A DNA stretch of 64,000 nucleotides from contig JBNRSN020000020.1 in NCBI GenBank assembly GCA_051313645.2, forward strand, positions 75,640,001 to 75,704,000, in the 5' to 3' direction. Of the stretch, positions 48,462-61,556 are shown piece after piece; within the stretch, counting starts at the first letter, position 1, and every line of letters begins with the position of its first letter. The position numbers and the translations under genes were made by a program. The notes under the pieces are model-generated. The model was given only the letters and a program-made list of their open reading frames with translations. It ran no database searches and was not told the DNA's origin. The DNA comes from Centroscyllium fabricii (lineage: Eukaryota).

Positions 48462-50103
48462 GGGATCGAATTTATCAATGGGGATGTGATGGAGGCGAAA
48501 CACCCACATTTTGGGTTGTAGTCCCGCCTTCATCGACTTGTGCCCAACCCACTTTATTTTCCCTTGATTGACCTTGTTAAGCCCGCCCAGTGGGCTCAGC
48601 AGGCCAATTAAGGGTCACCTGGTTACTGGCAACATCAGCGATTGACATTTCATCTGTCAAGAGCTTTTGACAGATGAAAAATCAACATTTGACAGCTCTG
48701 CGAAGCTGTCAAACACTTACAATCTGTCTGCTAACTTGAGTCCTTCTACTCAGACTCAGTTAGAGAGCTCTCCAGACCAGAAAGCAGAATGCTGCAGCTT
48801 TTGACAGTTCAGTGGCCATTTTGCTTTCTGTGCCGGTGAGCTGAGGGACTCCCAAGAACTGAAGGAAGGAAGCCTGCAGGAGAAAGTAAAGGTAAGTAAA
48901 ACTTAGAAAAACACTTTACACTTACCTCACACACTTACCTCGGCACGCATGCACCCATCACTCACTTGCACAACGGACATGTCGACCCCTCCAACCCCTT
49001 CAGACTGACGATCCACATCGCTAACTTGGCGTGGGTCGGCGCCGTCGGGAAGCCCACACTTCAGGGCTAAAAATAGGTACAGGTTGTGCACCATTAATCC
49101 GTTACCCGATAAGCCGGCAGCTTCAGTCTTCCGGAAAAAATTGTCCCGACTGCCCTGTGCATGCACAAATTTGCCGCCACGATTAATGCTTCAGTGAATG
49201 ATCTGCGCATGCGCCGCCGAATGGCGAGCGCATGCACAGATCATTTACAATGGGCGCCGCAAAGTTTTTAATGAGCTGCGCATGCGCTGCCGAACGATCC
49301 CGAGCCGGGCCTTCCCGAGCCTCGCCTTACCGAGCCGAGGCTTAGCGAGCGTTCCTGAGCCGGGCCTCGCCTTACCAAACCGGGGCCTCCCGAGCCGGGC
49401 CTTACAGAGTCTTCCCGAGCCGGGCCGGGGCTTCCCGAGCCGGGCCTCGCCTCGCCTCACTGAGCCTTCCCGAGCCGGGCGGGGGCTTCCCGAGCCGGGC
49501 CTCACCTCGCCTCACTGAGCCTTCCCGAGCCGGGCCGGGGCTTCCCGAGCCGGGCCTCGCCTCGCCTCACTGAGCCTTCCCGAGCCGGGCGGGGGCTTCC
49601 CGAGCTGGTGCTTCCCGAGCTGGGCCAAGGCTTCCTGAGCCAGGCCTCACCTCGACTTACCGAGCCGGGCCGGGGCTTCCTGAGATGGCCCTCGCCTTAC
49701 CGAGCCAGGCCATACCGAACGATAAACGCTTGCACAGACCACTCAAAATGGCCGCTGACCTTTCGCGGCCACCACTTTGAATGGTCTGCGCATGCGCTCG
49801 CCGAAGCTTCAATCATTCGGGATTTTCCCGGCACGGGCCTGGTCCCACCCATGCCGGATTAACAGTGCTCAACCTGTATTAGGCAAAAAACTGCCTGTTA
49901 ACTACCTGTTAACAGGCAGTTAATTGGCACTAATCCCCTTCCCGCCTCGGGGAGGCGGCTCCCAGCTCAGGTCGGGTATCCGCCTCCTGGGACATTGGCA
50001 CGGAGGCAGGTTGGGGCGGGATGGGTTACTGCTCCCCGATTCTGCAATTTTCCAGCACACCCGCCTCCAAACCCATTTCCTCGGGGCTTGGAAATTCAAG
50101 CCC
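48462..50103. mobile_element. Harbinger-like MITE containing a nested Tc1/mariner-like MITE (49080-49876)
   Basis: Outer TIRs GGGATCGAATTT / AAATTCAAGCCC. Inner TIRs CAGGTTG..CAC / GTG..CAACCTG with a TA TSD and an expanded CCCGAGCCGGGC repeat at about 49280-49710. Confidence 0.7.
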
Positions 50104-51053
50104 TATGACTCTATGAAACCCAACAAGCAGCAGTTCCGCCTCCAATGCGCCTCCATTGGGAAAATCACCCCCTTAGAATTGAGATCCTTTATGATTTTAT
50201 TTCACTTGAGTTAAGTGGAATGATTTCCACTATAAGAACCTAACTATAAGAATCTGTTACTCAGTTCACTTTTTTTTCTGTTTTAATAAATTCACTTTAT
50301 GGTTTTAAACTAAAAATTATCCAATTATGCTCTATTTGCTCACAGAAGACAAGACAGATCTTATGAAGGCATAGTGTGGCGTTGCCACATTGGGGAAGCA
50401 CTGTGTGTACGTAGATAAACCTGTAGAATCCCCTTTTAACTGCTGTATTCCCCTCCCCCCGCAAGACAGTTGCAAGCTGAGTGGAATAAGGCATGTTCAG
50501 ACTTGCTGCTGCTGCTGAGAGAAGGAAAACCAATCGGATTCCAGCAGGTGACCAACCCGTGAATCATCACAGGTTCGCGGGCTTCTCAGATTCAGTACTG
50601 TAATGTGAGAGTTGGAGTAAAGACCTATTTCTTGTAGCTCGCTGTGTTGACTATTTCTTTACACGGGAGACCGTAGCCTCCCACAATAGATAGGATAAAT
50701 CTAGCAACTAAAATTATTTAACTGATGGGGTTTTCTCTCTTGTTGTTTCTAGCATGTCGCAAGAAGCTTACCTGGATCTCAAGGGCAGGATAAAGACTCT
50801 GGAAAGTACGGGTATTCGGACCCCACCCATGAGAGTGATCTAAGGTATGGGAGCCAAAATGATTTAGAGTGGCGAGGCTGAAAAAGACCCGCGAACTTTA
50901 CGAGGGATATGTTTTACTGAACATCACAAGGTAGTTGTGTTTATGGGTAAGCTGAAAGAATGGCAGATTTGTACCTTTATTTATTGATCAGGAAAGCCAG
51001 TTTTAGTAAATTACTAAACTCTTTCTATTTTTTTTAAAAAACAGGGAGACGAT

Positions 51054-51213
51054 ATACTCAGCAGGTCAGGCAGCATCTGTGGAGAGAGAAACAGAGTTAA
51101 CGTTTCAGGTCAGTTCTGACGAAAGGTCATCGACCTGAAACGTTAACTCTGTTTCTCTCTCCACAGATGCTGCCTGACCTGCTGAGTATGTCCAGCATTT
51201 TCTGTTTTTATTT
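51054..51213 (+). mobile_element. Fold-back Penelope pLTR insertion with a hammerhead ribozyme at 51112-51148
   Basis: About 58-bp inverted arms, intact CTGACGA and GAAA cores, and a direct repeat GAGAC/TGATATACT at 51046 and 51214. Confidence 0.7.
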
Positions 51214-52059
51214 GAGATGATATACTGATGATTCCAGGTGACAAATTGAGTGAATATTGTTGATCCGAATTATAGAAAGAACAAACGCATCGAATGGCTG
51301 AGGAGTTACGAACAGATGACAGCTACATGAAAAGATCAAAACAAAACCCATGCATTGCAGGACCCGATTGTTTTGCAATCGGTGTCCAGTTCGAATCCTA
51401 AAGAATAGTGCTTGGCCTGAACATGTTTTTTAAGCTGACAATGTTGTTCATGACAGCAACAGCTGCAAACGTTGACGAGTGCTGTTTCCATTTCAGGGAG
51501 TTGTAACAGAGGCTTGGTCCACAGGAGCACCCTGCCCCGAGAGCTCAGGCTCAGCTGCCATGTTGGCTGTCGTGCATGGTTTCCGCCACAGCAGATGTTG
51601 GATCTGATGGGGCTCTCTTAAATGCAGTTGACGTCTTCTTGTCTCCACCTTGAGAAGAAACATGCAACATCATTTTCAGCAACAAGGGGTTTGCCACGCA
51701 TTTGATTTTTCTAACTTTTTAAACAGACAAGTAACAGGGCAGGTTATATTGCGCGGTTCATGTTCCCCTGACGCAGTTTGGTTCCACAGTCACACAAATT
51801 ACAGTGTGACTTAGGCTTAAGTCATCCAAGGTGCACTTAGATAAGAGGTAGATTCACACCATTTGGCTTCAACCCAGCTCCAGGATAACTGCATTCCAGT
51901 GCAAAGCAAAGTTCACAACATTCCTGGCAGTCCAATGGAACAGCTCGGAACTTTTTCGACTTCATATTAAGGTGTATATTTTCCTCAGTTCATTGGTGCT
52001 GATTTTAAAAGTTGCAGGAAAATCTTCATACTCATGTAAACTGAAACAAGTGCATTGCT

Positions 52060-53150
52060 GAATCTTTTCAATGCTAGGGGAGAACCAATAACCTGTTGAC
52101 TCTCTGTTAGTAAAAGGCTTTTGCACAGACCAGTTGCTCCCAGACTTGGGTGGACTAGTAGGCCTTCTCCTTGGCATTGAGCATGACTGGGAGAATAAAG
52201 AGAGGCCACGTAGAGCAGGACAAGCTGCTAGAAGAGGGAGGAGGAGGAGGGGGAGGAGGGCGCACAGCAGAAAGCTATATATGCAGAGGGTGTTTACAGA
52301 GCAATTCTCCTACCTGAACTTCAGCAATGACCAATGTTTGAGACGTCTGTGCGTCACTAAAGAGGTCGTCACTGAAATCTGCCACCTGCTGCAGCCACAA
52401 CTCCAACCTCAAAGCAGGACAAGGACCACATTGCCTGTGGCTGTCAAGGTCATCATGGCTCTGAGCGTCTACGCATCTGGTTCCTTCTAAGCTGCTACTG
52501 GAGATATAATCCGCATCTCTCAGTTTGCAGTGCACAATTTGGAGGTCACTGAGGCTCTCTATACAAATAGGGACAACTTCATCTCATTCCCTCTTGCCAG
52601 ATAGAAGCAGACAGAGCGAGCACAAGGGTTTGCATGGATCACAGGCATCCCCATGTTGCAGGGTGCCATTGACTGCGCACACTTTGCTTTGCGTGCGCCT
52701 CATGTCAACTCTGCGATGTACTTGAACTGAAAGGGATTCCATTCCTTCAGTGTGCCGCTGGTGTGTGACCACAGGCAGCACATCATGCAGGTCAATGCCC
52801 GGGATCCTGACAGTAATCAAAGAATGCATTAATTCTGCAACAGTCCTCTGTACCAGCTGTAGTTCAACCACCCCAGCAAACCAAAGGGTGGCTCCTGGGC
52901 AACAAGGGTTATCCACTGATGACATGGCTCATGACTCCGGTCTGCAACCTACGCAAACCCGTGCACAGCAGGCATACACCGAGAGCCACGCTACCACAAG
53001 AAATCTTATAGAGCAGACCATTGGCATTCTAAAGCAATGATCCCACTGCCTGTACCGCTCTGGAGGAGCCCTGCAGCACTCAGCTAGCAGGTTTCAAGAT
53101 TTGTGGTGGTATGGTGCATGCTGCACAACCTTGCCATCATGAGGGAACAG
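52060..53150 (+). pseudogene. Harbinger (HARBI1-like) DDE transposase remnant
   Basis: 'LPVAVKVIMALSVYASGSF', 'QGAIDCAH', 'KGFHS', 'LLGNKGYPL' and '[13 protein letters not shown]', with stops and frameshifts. Confidence 0.85.
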
Positions 53151-53261
53151 CCCTTGCCACCACCTATCAAGTGGAGGTGGTGGTTCGGAGGGGAGGCTGC
53201 AACTTAGACACCCCCTTTCTACATGAACAAATAATTAATGAGCAATCCCAGTTACTTCAAC

Positions 53262-53652
53262 CCCAAAACTGCCCAACGAATTACCGGTACACAGCTACCG
53301 TCAATGGAAAGCATCTACCTCAAACGCTGCTTACGGAGGTCTATGAACATTATTAAAGACCCCACACACCCCAGCCACAGTCTGTTCACCCCTCTGCCCT
53401 CCGGGAGACACCACAGAGCAATTTGCACCCGCACGACTAGATTTCAGAACAGCTTCTTCCCCAGGGCTGTCAGCCTCCTGAACTCTAAAAAGAAACTCCG
53501 GTACCTGCACGACTGATAATGAACTTTACTGTATGCAATTTTCATGTAATTTATTTATTTTGTTTGCACTACTCTCGGGAGAGTCGAGTCTTCGTCTCGT
53601 TGTATTGTACTAGTACTCTGCAATGACAATAAAACTTGAATTGAATTGAATT
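53262..53652 (+). mobile_element. Rex1/Babar-like LINE 3' fragment
   Basis: 'IIKDPTHPSHSLFTPLPSGRH...TTRFQNSFFPRAVSLLN' and a (TTGAA)n tail. Confidence 0.75.
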
Positions 53653-53829
53653 GCCCATTCAGCAACAGTCCCACACTCCTTACCTTTCCTTTGTCACTGA
53701 CCATCACATCATCCTCTTTCCCACAATGCAAAAATATAAGCCAATGCAAAATAGACATTCCAATCCAAATTTATAAATTAAATCATGTCATAGTGCATAC
53801 AAAAATAAATAAATCAGCCTTGTACATTC

Positions 53830-56045
53830 CCTTAGTGCCTCTTCTGTGTGCCTTTGCCTGGCCTAGTGCTCCTACGAGGTGCTTCCCCAATGGCTACAGC
53901 ATGGCTGGTGGAAGACTGCAGATGCCCTTGGAGGATGACCTCGAGCAGCTCTGGGTCTAGAAGGCCCGGCTGCGGACTGCACCATCTCAGCCTGGGCGGC
54001 AGCAGTCTGGGCTGGCTAGCTGACAGGCAACGGCAAGGTCATTGGCGGAGTGGCAGTGGTGGGAGCACGAATGCTGTCATCCTGAGAGGACAGCAGGTTC
54101 GTGCTCCATGGAGCCGCTGCCACTTTCCTGGGGCGGCAGCTCAGCAGTCCTAGTACTCTGATGGAGAGCAGATTGCCGGTGTGCTGTGACACCCTCTAAG
54201 CCCCTTGGAACAGAGGTTTCCAGAGCGATGATGGCAGCAAGCTGAGATTGTATGGCAGCAGTCTGAGCTTCCTCTGCAGCACCCAGACACTGGGTGGAAA
54301 CTGCTTGTGCTGCAATGGAAGCTGAGACATCGGCCATCAGATGCTGCATCATGATTGGTTCCACAGGTGTGCTGCTGGAGGGAGCACCTATTCCGTGGAA
54401 AGGATGGGCTCCAAGCTCTGCACAAAACCCTGTGCCAAGTTGGTACCAGACTCCTTGACATTGAACGCAGGCTTTCCAGTGCTCCAGTGCACCAAGCATT
54501 TTGGTGTTAGAAACATAGAAACATAGAAACTAGGAGCAGGAGTAGGCCATTCGGCCCTTCGAGCCTGCTCCGCCATTCAATGAGATCATGGCTGATCATC
54601 CAAACCTAGTACCCTGCCCCTGCCCTCTCCCCATATCCCTCGATCCCTATCGAGCCTGCACCAACACCCTATCCCCGTAACCCCACATATTTAATCCCCC
54701 TAACACTAAGGGTCAATTTATCCTGGCCAATCAACCTAACCCGCACATCTTTGGCCTGTGGGAGGAAACCGGAGCACCCGGAGGAAACCCACGCAGACAC
54801 GGGGAGAATGTGCAACCTCCACACAGATAGTCACCCGAGGCCAGATTCGAACCCGGGTCTCCAGTGCTGTGAGACAACAGTGCTAACCACTGTGCCACTG
54901 TGCCGCCCTGTTTACGCGCACCAGCCTTCTTCTGTACCCTCGCCCATTGAACAAGTATGTGACCTCGCCCTCCAGCAAGCTGGCGCCTGCGCTACCCTTT
55001 CCTCCTACTCTGGCTGAAGTGGACTTGTGCCTGACGTCTCACCATGCGCAGATCCCACCTCTACACTATCCTCTAATTACGTGCAGTGTCAGTATCTGAG
55101 CTGGTGGCTGCGACTGTGAAATCAAGTGACAGTGTGTCTTCATCGTCACCATCTTCTTGCACTCCCCCCCCCACTGCCTGGGCCGGTTGCAGTTCTTGCG
55201 TATCTGAAAGGAAAAAGGGACAATGGTAAGGTGGTGGTGAGGGGAGAGGAGAAAGTAAGAAGTGTATGCTTACGCAATCAGCCGCTTCTCAGTCAGAAGA
55301 GATTGTGGAATGAGCAATATGTGGGATGAGAGAAGGAGGATTAGGTATGCAGATACCCTCATCTTCAATCATTTCAGCTTCGCCGCTGGCCACGACCTCA
55401 GCAATGGCCCTTCCCATAATGCCCAGCACCGTCTCCTCCATGGGGGTTAGAAAATGCAGGTGCGCCTCTCCCCCTCTGGTTAGGTCCTGTTGCCTCCAGT
55501 TCCACGTTACCCTCTCCTGCAAGAGAGAGGGAAGTGTGTCAGTGAGTGTCGTGCAATGTGTTTGGGTGATGTGGCCATCATGGTTGAATAGCTGGCTGTG
55601 TGTGCAAGTTACGAGATGGGGGTTTGAGGCATGCAACAGTGCCAAGTGTGTGAGGGTGAGGTGAAGCATATGAATGTTAGGTCTAAATCCTGATTGATAG
55701 AGATTGTTGGTAGGTGAGTGATGGTGGTGTGGTGTGGTGAATTGAGCAGTGGCTGAGGCCAGTGATGCAGTTGGTAGGATATGGCATTAGAAGATTCATT
55801 CCCTGACCATGACCATTCGTGTCAGATCATTAAACGTCTGTCTGCATGGAATCCATCTTCTAGGAGTTATACTTCTGGGATTGGCTATCTTGCCACAGCC
55901 TTCTGAGCAAGTACTTGGAGGGCCTCCTGCCTGTACCCCTCCCCCCACCCCCAAGGATACAAGACACCTCGCCTCCATTCCATCTCTTCAACCAAGGCCT
56001 CCAGTGCAGTGTCTGAAAACTTTGGTGCACGCTCTCTCCCATGGT
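53830..56045 (-). pseudogene. Harbinger Myb/SANT partner gene remnant with introns, convergent with the transposase
   Basis: 'MADHGRERAPKFSDTALEALVEEM...RRWIPCRQTFNDL', then acceptors CTTGCAG (about 55518) and TTTCAG (about 55204), and a coiled-coil-like last exon. Confidence 0.7.
54508..54908 (-). mobile_element. HE1-like V-SINE
   Basis: Same head, core and tail as the other copies. Confidence 0.85.
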
Positions 56046-57057
56046 CAGCCATTGTTGATTGTTGCACATTATTCCAAATGATGTCGGCATCTTCAGCAGC
56101 CACAATGCACCTCCCCTTTAAGAGGTGCAGGCTAGCTTTAAGTAGTGCTTGGCACTCAAGATATTGGGCCCCGTGATGATGTGTGTAGCCAATGAACAAC
56201 GCGGGGAGCACTGGCTGCACACAGAAATCATGGTAAAGAGCAGGCAGCAGGCAGTTGGCATCCTGCATCTCAAACAACAGTTAATCACGCATCATGACCC
56301 CGTGCCCATTTTCAGGGGTTATCCAATTGTAATTTGGACTGAGATGGGGCAGAAGTTCAATAAAGTTGTCTTGGTGATGGGTCGGATGTGGAGTTCACAG
56401 CGCAGCTTAGCTTAGAACAGGATGCCAAAGTTGTGAATGGACTGAGGAGAATGAGCCAGTGACAAATGGACAATTTGAGGCAGGGTCCAGTGACAATAGC
56501 TGATAATGTTCAGTGCAAGAATATTCTTTATTGTAACTGTTAAATATGCTGAAGAATAGAGATGTATTTTTGAAAAGTAAAAAAAGACAGGCAGCGTTCT
56601 AAGGGCTAAAGTCTAGAACATGACCTATTAATGGAATGTTTTCACTTCTGCTGAGCATGGCCAATTGGCCCTGTGATCAAGGGAATAATCTCTCTTGTTT
56701 CAATCAGTTATTATATTGGAGAGACTGTACTCCCATTAGAAAAATGAGCACGAAAGTCAATAGTCCCTTTAGCTTTATAATATAAGAGCAAATACGCATC
56801 ATTGAACACAAGGTTGGAATCTACCAATGAGTCGATTTTTCTTTTAGTTTATTAAATCCTACATGGTGTTTGATTCTTGATTAATCGGGGTTCGCAGATT
56901 ACAAAAAATTACAATTATCCCTGCTAAACTTAATCCATTCAAAACCAACCGGCAACTCTGTTTCTCTCTCCACCGATGCTGCCTGGCCTGCTGAGTTTCT
57001 CCAGCGTTTTCTGTTGTTAATCCATTCAAACTTGTGTCGAAGGGGAGTGTCATTTGT

Positions 57058-57472
57058 TAAACATAGAAACATAGAAACATAGAAGATAGGAGCAGGAGTA
57101 GGCCATTCGGCCCTTCGAGCCTGCTCCACCATTCAATGAGATCATGGCTGATCATCCAAACCCAGTACCCTGTCCCTGCCTTCTCCCCATATCCCTCGAT
57201 CCCTAGCGAGCCTGCACCAACACATATCCCACCCTATCCCCGTAACTCCACATATTTAATCCCCCTAACACTAAGGGTCAATTTATCCTGGCCAATCAAC
57301 CTAACCCGCACATCTTTGGACTGTGGGAGGAAACCGGAGCACCCGGAGGAAACCCACGCAGACACGGGGAGAATGTGCAAACTCCACACAGATAGTACCC
57401 GAGGCTGGATTTGAACCCGGGTCTCTAGTGCTGTGAGACAACAGTGCTAACCACTGTGCCACCGTGCCGCCC
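57058..57472 (-). mobile_element. HE1-like V-SINE
   Basis: Same head, core and tail as the other copies. Confidence 0.85.
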
Positions 57473-57904
57473 TGCGTGCCATGGACAATACTACTGTATT
57501 CCTAAATGTAAGTGCGTGAGCCGCCATTGGTATATAATTATTTCTAAGTGTGTGATACAGTTTTTCCCCCTGACATGGGCTGGGGAATGAATTCACCAAT
57601 GCCAGCAGCGTTGCACTATCTCGCCCAAGTTGCTTTTCATCGAGAGACAGTGGGGTAGATTATCATCATTCCCCACTTGCGCTTTAAGCATTGACTGAGG
57701 TAACACATGGCAGCAACGTTCAGGCACCCATCACACAACCAGCCCAATTTTATGTCCGTTAAAATGAACAGAGTGATTGCCACTGACGACCGGAAGCTGC
57801 ACAGAAGCATTCTGTGCAAAAAAAACTGTGGTGGTTTAAGTATTAATGTATTATAATATTGTAATATCGCATAAATCTGTGGAACTCCGGGTTGGTTTTT
57901 CCAG

Positions 57905-59145
57905 GTTGTAATTTTTTGAGGATGTAACTGGTAAAATAGATAAGGGAGAACCAGTGGATGTGGTGTATTTGGACTTTCAAAAGGCTTTCGATAAGGTCCC
58001 ACATAAGAGATTAGCGTGTAAAGTTAAAGCACATGGGATTGGGGGCAAGGTATTGACTTGGAGAGAGAACTGGTTGGCAGACAGAAAGCAAAGCGTTGGA
58101 ATAAACGACTCTTTTTCCGAGTGGCAGGCAGTGGCTAATGGGGTACCGCAGGGATCAGTGCTAGGACCCCAGCTATTCACAACATATATTAATGATTTGG
58201 ACGAGGGAACTAGATGTAATATCTCCAAGTTTGCAGATGACACAAAGCTGGGTGGGCATGTGTGCTGTGAGGAGGATGACAAGAAACTCCAGTATGATTT
58301 GGACAGGTTGGGTGATTGGGCAGAAGCAGGGCAGATGCAATATAATGAGGATAAATGCGAGGTTATCCACTTTGGTGTCAAAAACAAGATGGCAGATTAT
58401 TATCTGAATGGCAATAGATTGGGAGAAGGGGAAGTGCAATGAGACCTAGGCGTCCTTGTGCACCAGTCGCTGAAGGTAAGCATGCAGGCACAGCAGGTGG
58501 TTAAGAAGGCAAATGGTATGTTGGCCTTCATAGCGAGAGGGTTTGAGTTCAGGAACAAGGATGTCTTGCTGCAGTTGTGCAGGGCGTTTGTGAGACCACA
58601 CCTTGAATATTGTGTGCAGTTTTGGTCGCTTTATCTAAGGAAAGAGTACAGCGAAGATTCACCAGGCTGATACCTGGGATGGCAGGAATGACGTATGAGG
58701 AGAGATTGGGCCGATTGGGCTTGTACTCGCTGGAGTTTAGAAGAATGAGAGGGGATCTCATTGAAACTTATAAAATTCTAACAGGACTGGACAGACTAGA
58801 TGCAGGAAGGATGTTCCCGATGGTGGAAGAGCCCTGAATCAGGGGTCACAGTCTAAGGATAAGGGGTAAGCCATTTAGGACAGAGATGAGGAGGAATCTC
58901 TTCACCCAGAGAGTGGTGAATCTGTGGAATTCTCTACCACAGAAGGCCGTAGAGGTCAATTCATTAAATATATTCAAGAAGGAGTTGGATATATTTCTTA
59001 AGGCTAATGGTATCAAGGGATACGGGGAGAAGGCAGGTACGGGGTACTGAATTTGGATGATCAGCCATGATCACATTGAATGGCGGAGAAGGCTCAAGCG
59101 GCCGAATGGCCTACTCCTGCTCCTATCTTCTATGTTTCTATGTTT
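57905..59145 (+). mobile_element. CR1 (HER1-like) LINE, 5'-truncated RT remnant
   Basis: 'YLDFQKAFDKVPH', 'GVPQGSVLGP', 'KFADDTK' and 'RPHLEYCVQFW'. Its 3' tail is shared with the SINEs. Confidence 0.9.
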
Positions 59146-59764
59146 AATAATAATATCGTGGGTGGATTAAATATTAATGTCTAATAATTTTGTAGGGGGA
59201 GAGTTGCGGAGATTTACTTGTTTGGTGCGTGAGCTCAGTGTGAAGGGAAAGGAGAAGAAACGTAATAAAAATGGATGTTTGCTGATGCAGATTTTCTTTT
59301 CCTGATGTGGCTGTGTTCGGCAGTAGCGATCTCTTTTCACCACCCACTCCCCTCCGCTCCTTTCTCTCTGGAAATATTTTCTTTGTGATGCCGACAATAT
59401 TTTCTTTTCAGTTAGCGAACAGCCAAAAAAACGCATACTGCGCGCGCAACAACTGCAACTTTTTTGCAAGTAGTCGCTGCCTAACATGAATGCCCAGGGG
59501 ATAAAGATGAAAATCTACCCCATTGAGTGCTGTCAGGCTATTCAACATGCACCCACTTTGTTGCGTCGCCTTCAAGCTCATGCTGAACTTGGAAAACCTC
59601 CACAATGTCACACCATCAGTGACGGAAGAATTTACTAAAAACTTGATGCAATAATCACAAGATCCCCTTTCGAAAATGATCTTGAATAATGTTCCTGGTT
59701 ACTTATTCAACAATGCTGAAGGAAGAAACCTCTGCCTCAGATTACCTAGTTTATGCCCACCAGC

Positions 59765-60962
59765 GGCTTTGTGGGCAGCACCCTCGCCTCTGAATCAGAA
59801 GGTTGTGGGTTCTAGTCCCACTCCAGAGACTTGAGCACACAAATCTAGGCTGACACTCCAGTGCAGTGCTGAGGGAGTGCCGTACTGTCGGAGGTGCCGT
59901 CTTTCGAATGAGACATTGGGCCAGAAATTCCGATGAGCGCAGGAGGTTTTTGAGCCGGGTGTTAGCGCACCCGAGCTCCGAATTGCAGGGAGCAGCCGTT
60001 TCCAGCTGCTACCTGCAATTCCGAAGGTGGCCAGTGGGGAGTCGCGAGCTGCTGTGAGCTGGATTGCATTTGCCTGCGCACCAGGAGGTGCGCAGTGCAG
60101 TTCCTATTTTTTTCCGAGTTTTTTATCGGGGTAAGTATTGAAGATTTTACACTTAAAAATATCAGACGTAAGCACCCGTTTTTAGCAGGTAAGTCTTTAT
60201 TTTATAGAATTTAAGTATTGTTTTTACAGGTTTTTAAATTTTTTAAACTTTAAAGACAGGTAAGTATTCTCTTAAACCAGTTAAAGACTTTAAATGTTTT
60301 TCAAAATTTTAATTTTTTCTTTAAAATAGGTAATTTATGTTAGAGTATTGTTAAAAAAAGTGGTGTTTTTAAATTTTATTTTTGTGTTTAGATGTGTTTT
60401 TGAAGCTCTTCCTTTTCAAAACTTACACAGATTTCTCCGTGTAAGTTATGAATGGAGGATTGCTTCCATTGATTGGCTCCCTGCCAATCACGTGGTCTCG
60501 TGTGATATCTCGGACTAACTGCGTCGTTGAGTTGCACCAGCAGGGCGCTTAGAACTTTCAGCAGTTGTACAACTCAGGAGTTCACATCATAGAATTTCAA
60601 AACGGCAAAAGTGCAGGGTAAGTGTACCTTGGAGCCTTGCACTCGCAGGAAGGCTCCAAGGCTAATTTCTGGGCCATTAAAACCGAGGCCCCCGTCTGCT
60701 CTCTCAGGTGGACGTAAAAGATCCCATGGCAGTATTTCGAAGAAGAGTAGGGGAGTTATCCCTGGTGTCGTGGGCAATATTTATCCCTCAAATCAACATA
60801 AAAACAGATTATCTGATCATTATTACATTGTTATTTGTGGGAGCTTGCTGTGCACAAATTGGCTGCCGCATTTCCCACATTACAACAGTGACTACACTTC
60901 GTAAGTACTTCATTGTCCAGTGGTCGTGAAAGGGGCTACAGAAATGTAAGTCTTTCTTTCTT
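59765..60962 (+). mobile_element. SacSINE1-like SINE split by a Harbinger-like MITE (59918-60675, TSD ATT)
   Basis: SINE core GAGAC-ATT|MITE|ATT-AAAACCGAGG, with MITE TIRs GGGCCAGAAATT / AATTTCTGGGCC. Confidence 0.8.
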
Positions 60963-61540
60963 TAGATTAGATTAGATTAGATTAGATTCAAATTTATTGT
61001 CATTGTACAGTGAAACACAATACAACGAAATGTATACTTGCAAACCACCCAAAAAACGATGCAGATGTTAAAATGTCCATTGCTACAAGTCCCAGACTGT
61101 TCAACTCCATGTTGGCCCTGGTGCTCCGACCACGCAGGCTCTGGCGCTCCGAACTCGCCGACCCCCGACGCTACGACCACCTCGGTGACCACGCAGGCAC
61201 CGACACTCCGACTCTGCAGGCCCCAGTGCTCTGAACTCGCCGACCTCGGCGCTCCGAACTCGCTGACCTCCGACGCTCCGACCACCTCGGTGACCACGCC
61301 GGCACCGGTGCTCCGACTCTCCAGGCACCGGTGCTCCGAACCCGCCGACCTCGGGCGCTCCGACCCCGGAGACCACACAAGCACTGGCGCTCCTCAGAGC
61401 TCCAGAAAGTCCGTTGTTCCAACACGCCGGCCCCCGCCGAGCGAACAAACCCAGAACCGCCAGCGGACAGCACCGTCCCGGGAGACGCAGAGCCGCTGCG
61501 TGTACACGCGCCGCCATCTTGGTCCCGCTCCCGGAAGTTT
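60962..61540 (-). mobile_element. Probable non-autonomous non-LTR element with a (CTAAT)n tail
   Basis: Minus strand: head CAAGATGGCGGC, GC-rich tandem repeats, then ACAATGACAATAAA and a microsatellite tail like the Rex1 3' end near 53620. Confidence 0.45.
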
Positions 61541-61556
61541 TATGCTTTGGATGGCA

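Noticed and set aside
52060-53150. Domesticated HARBI1 host gene
   Set aside because: Multiple stops and frameshifts plus an adjacent Myb/SANT partner indicate a decayed transposon.
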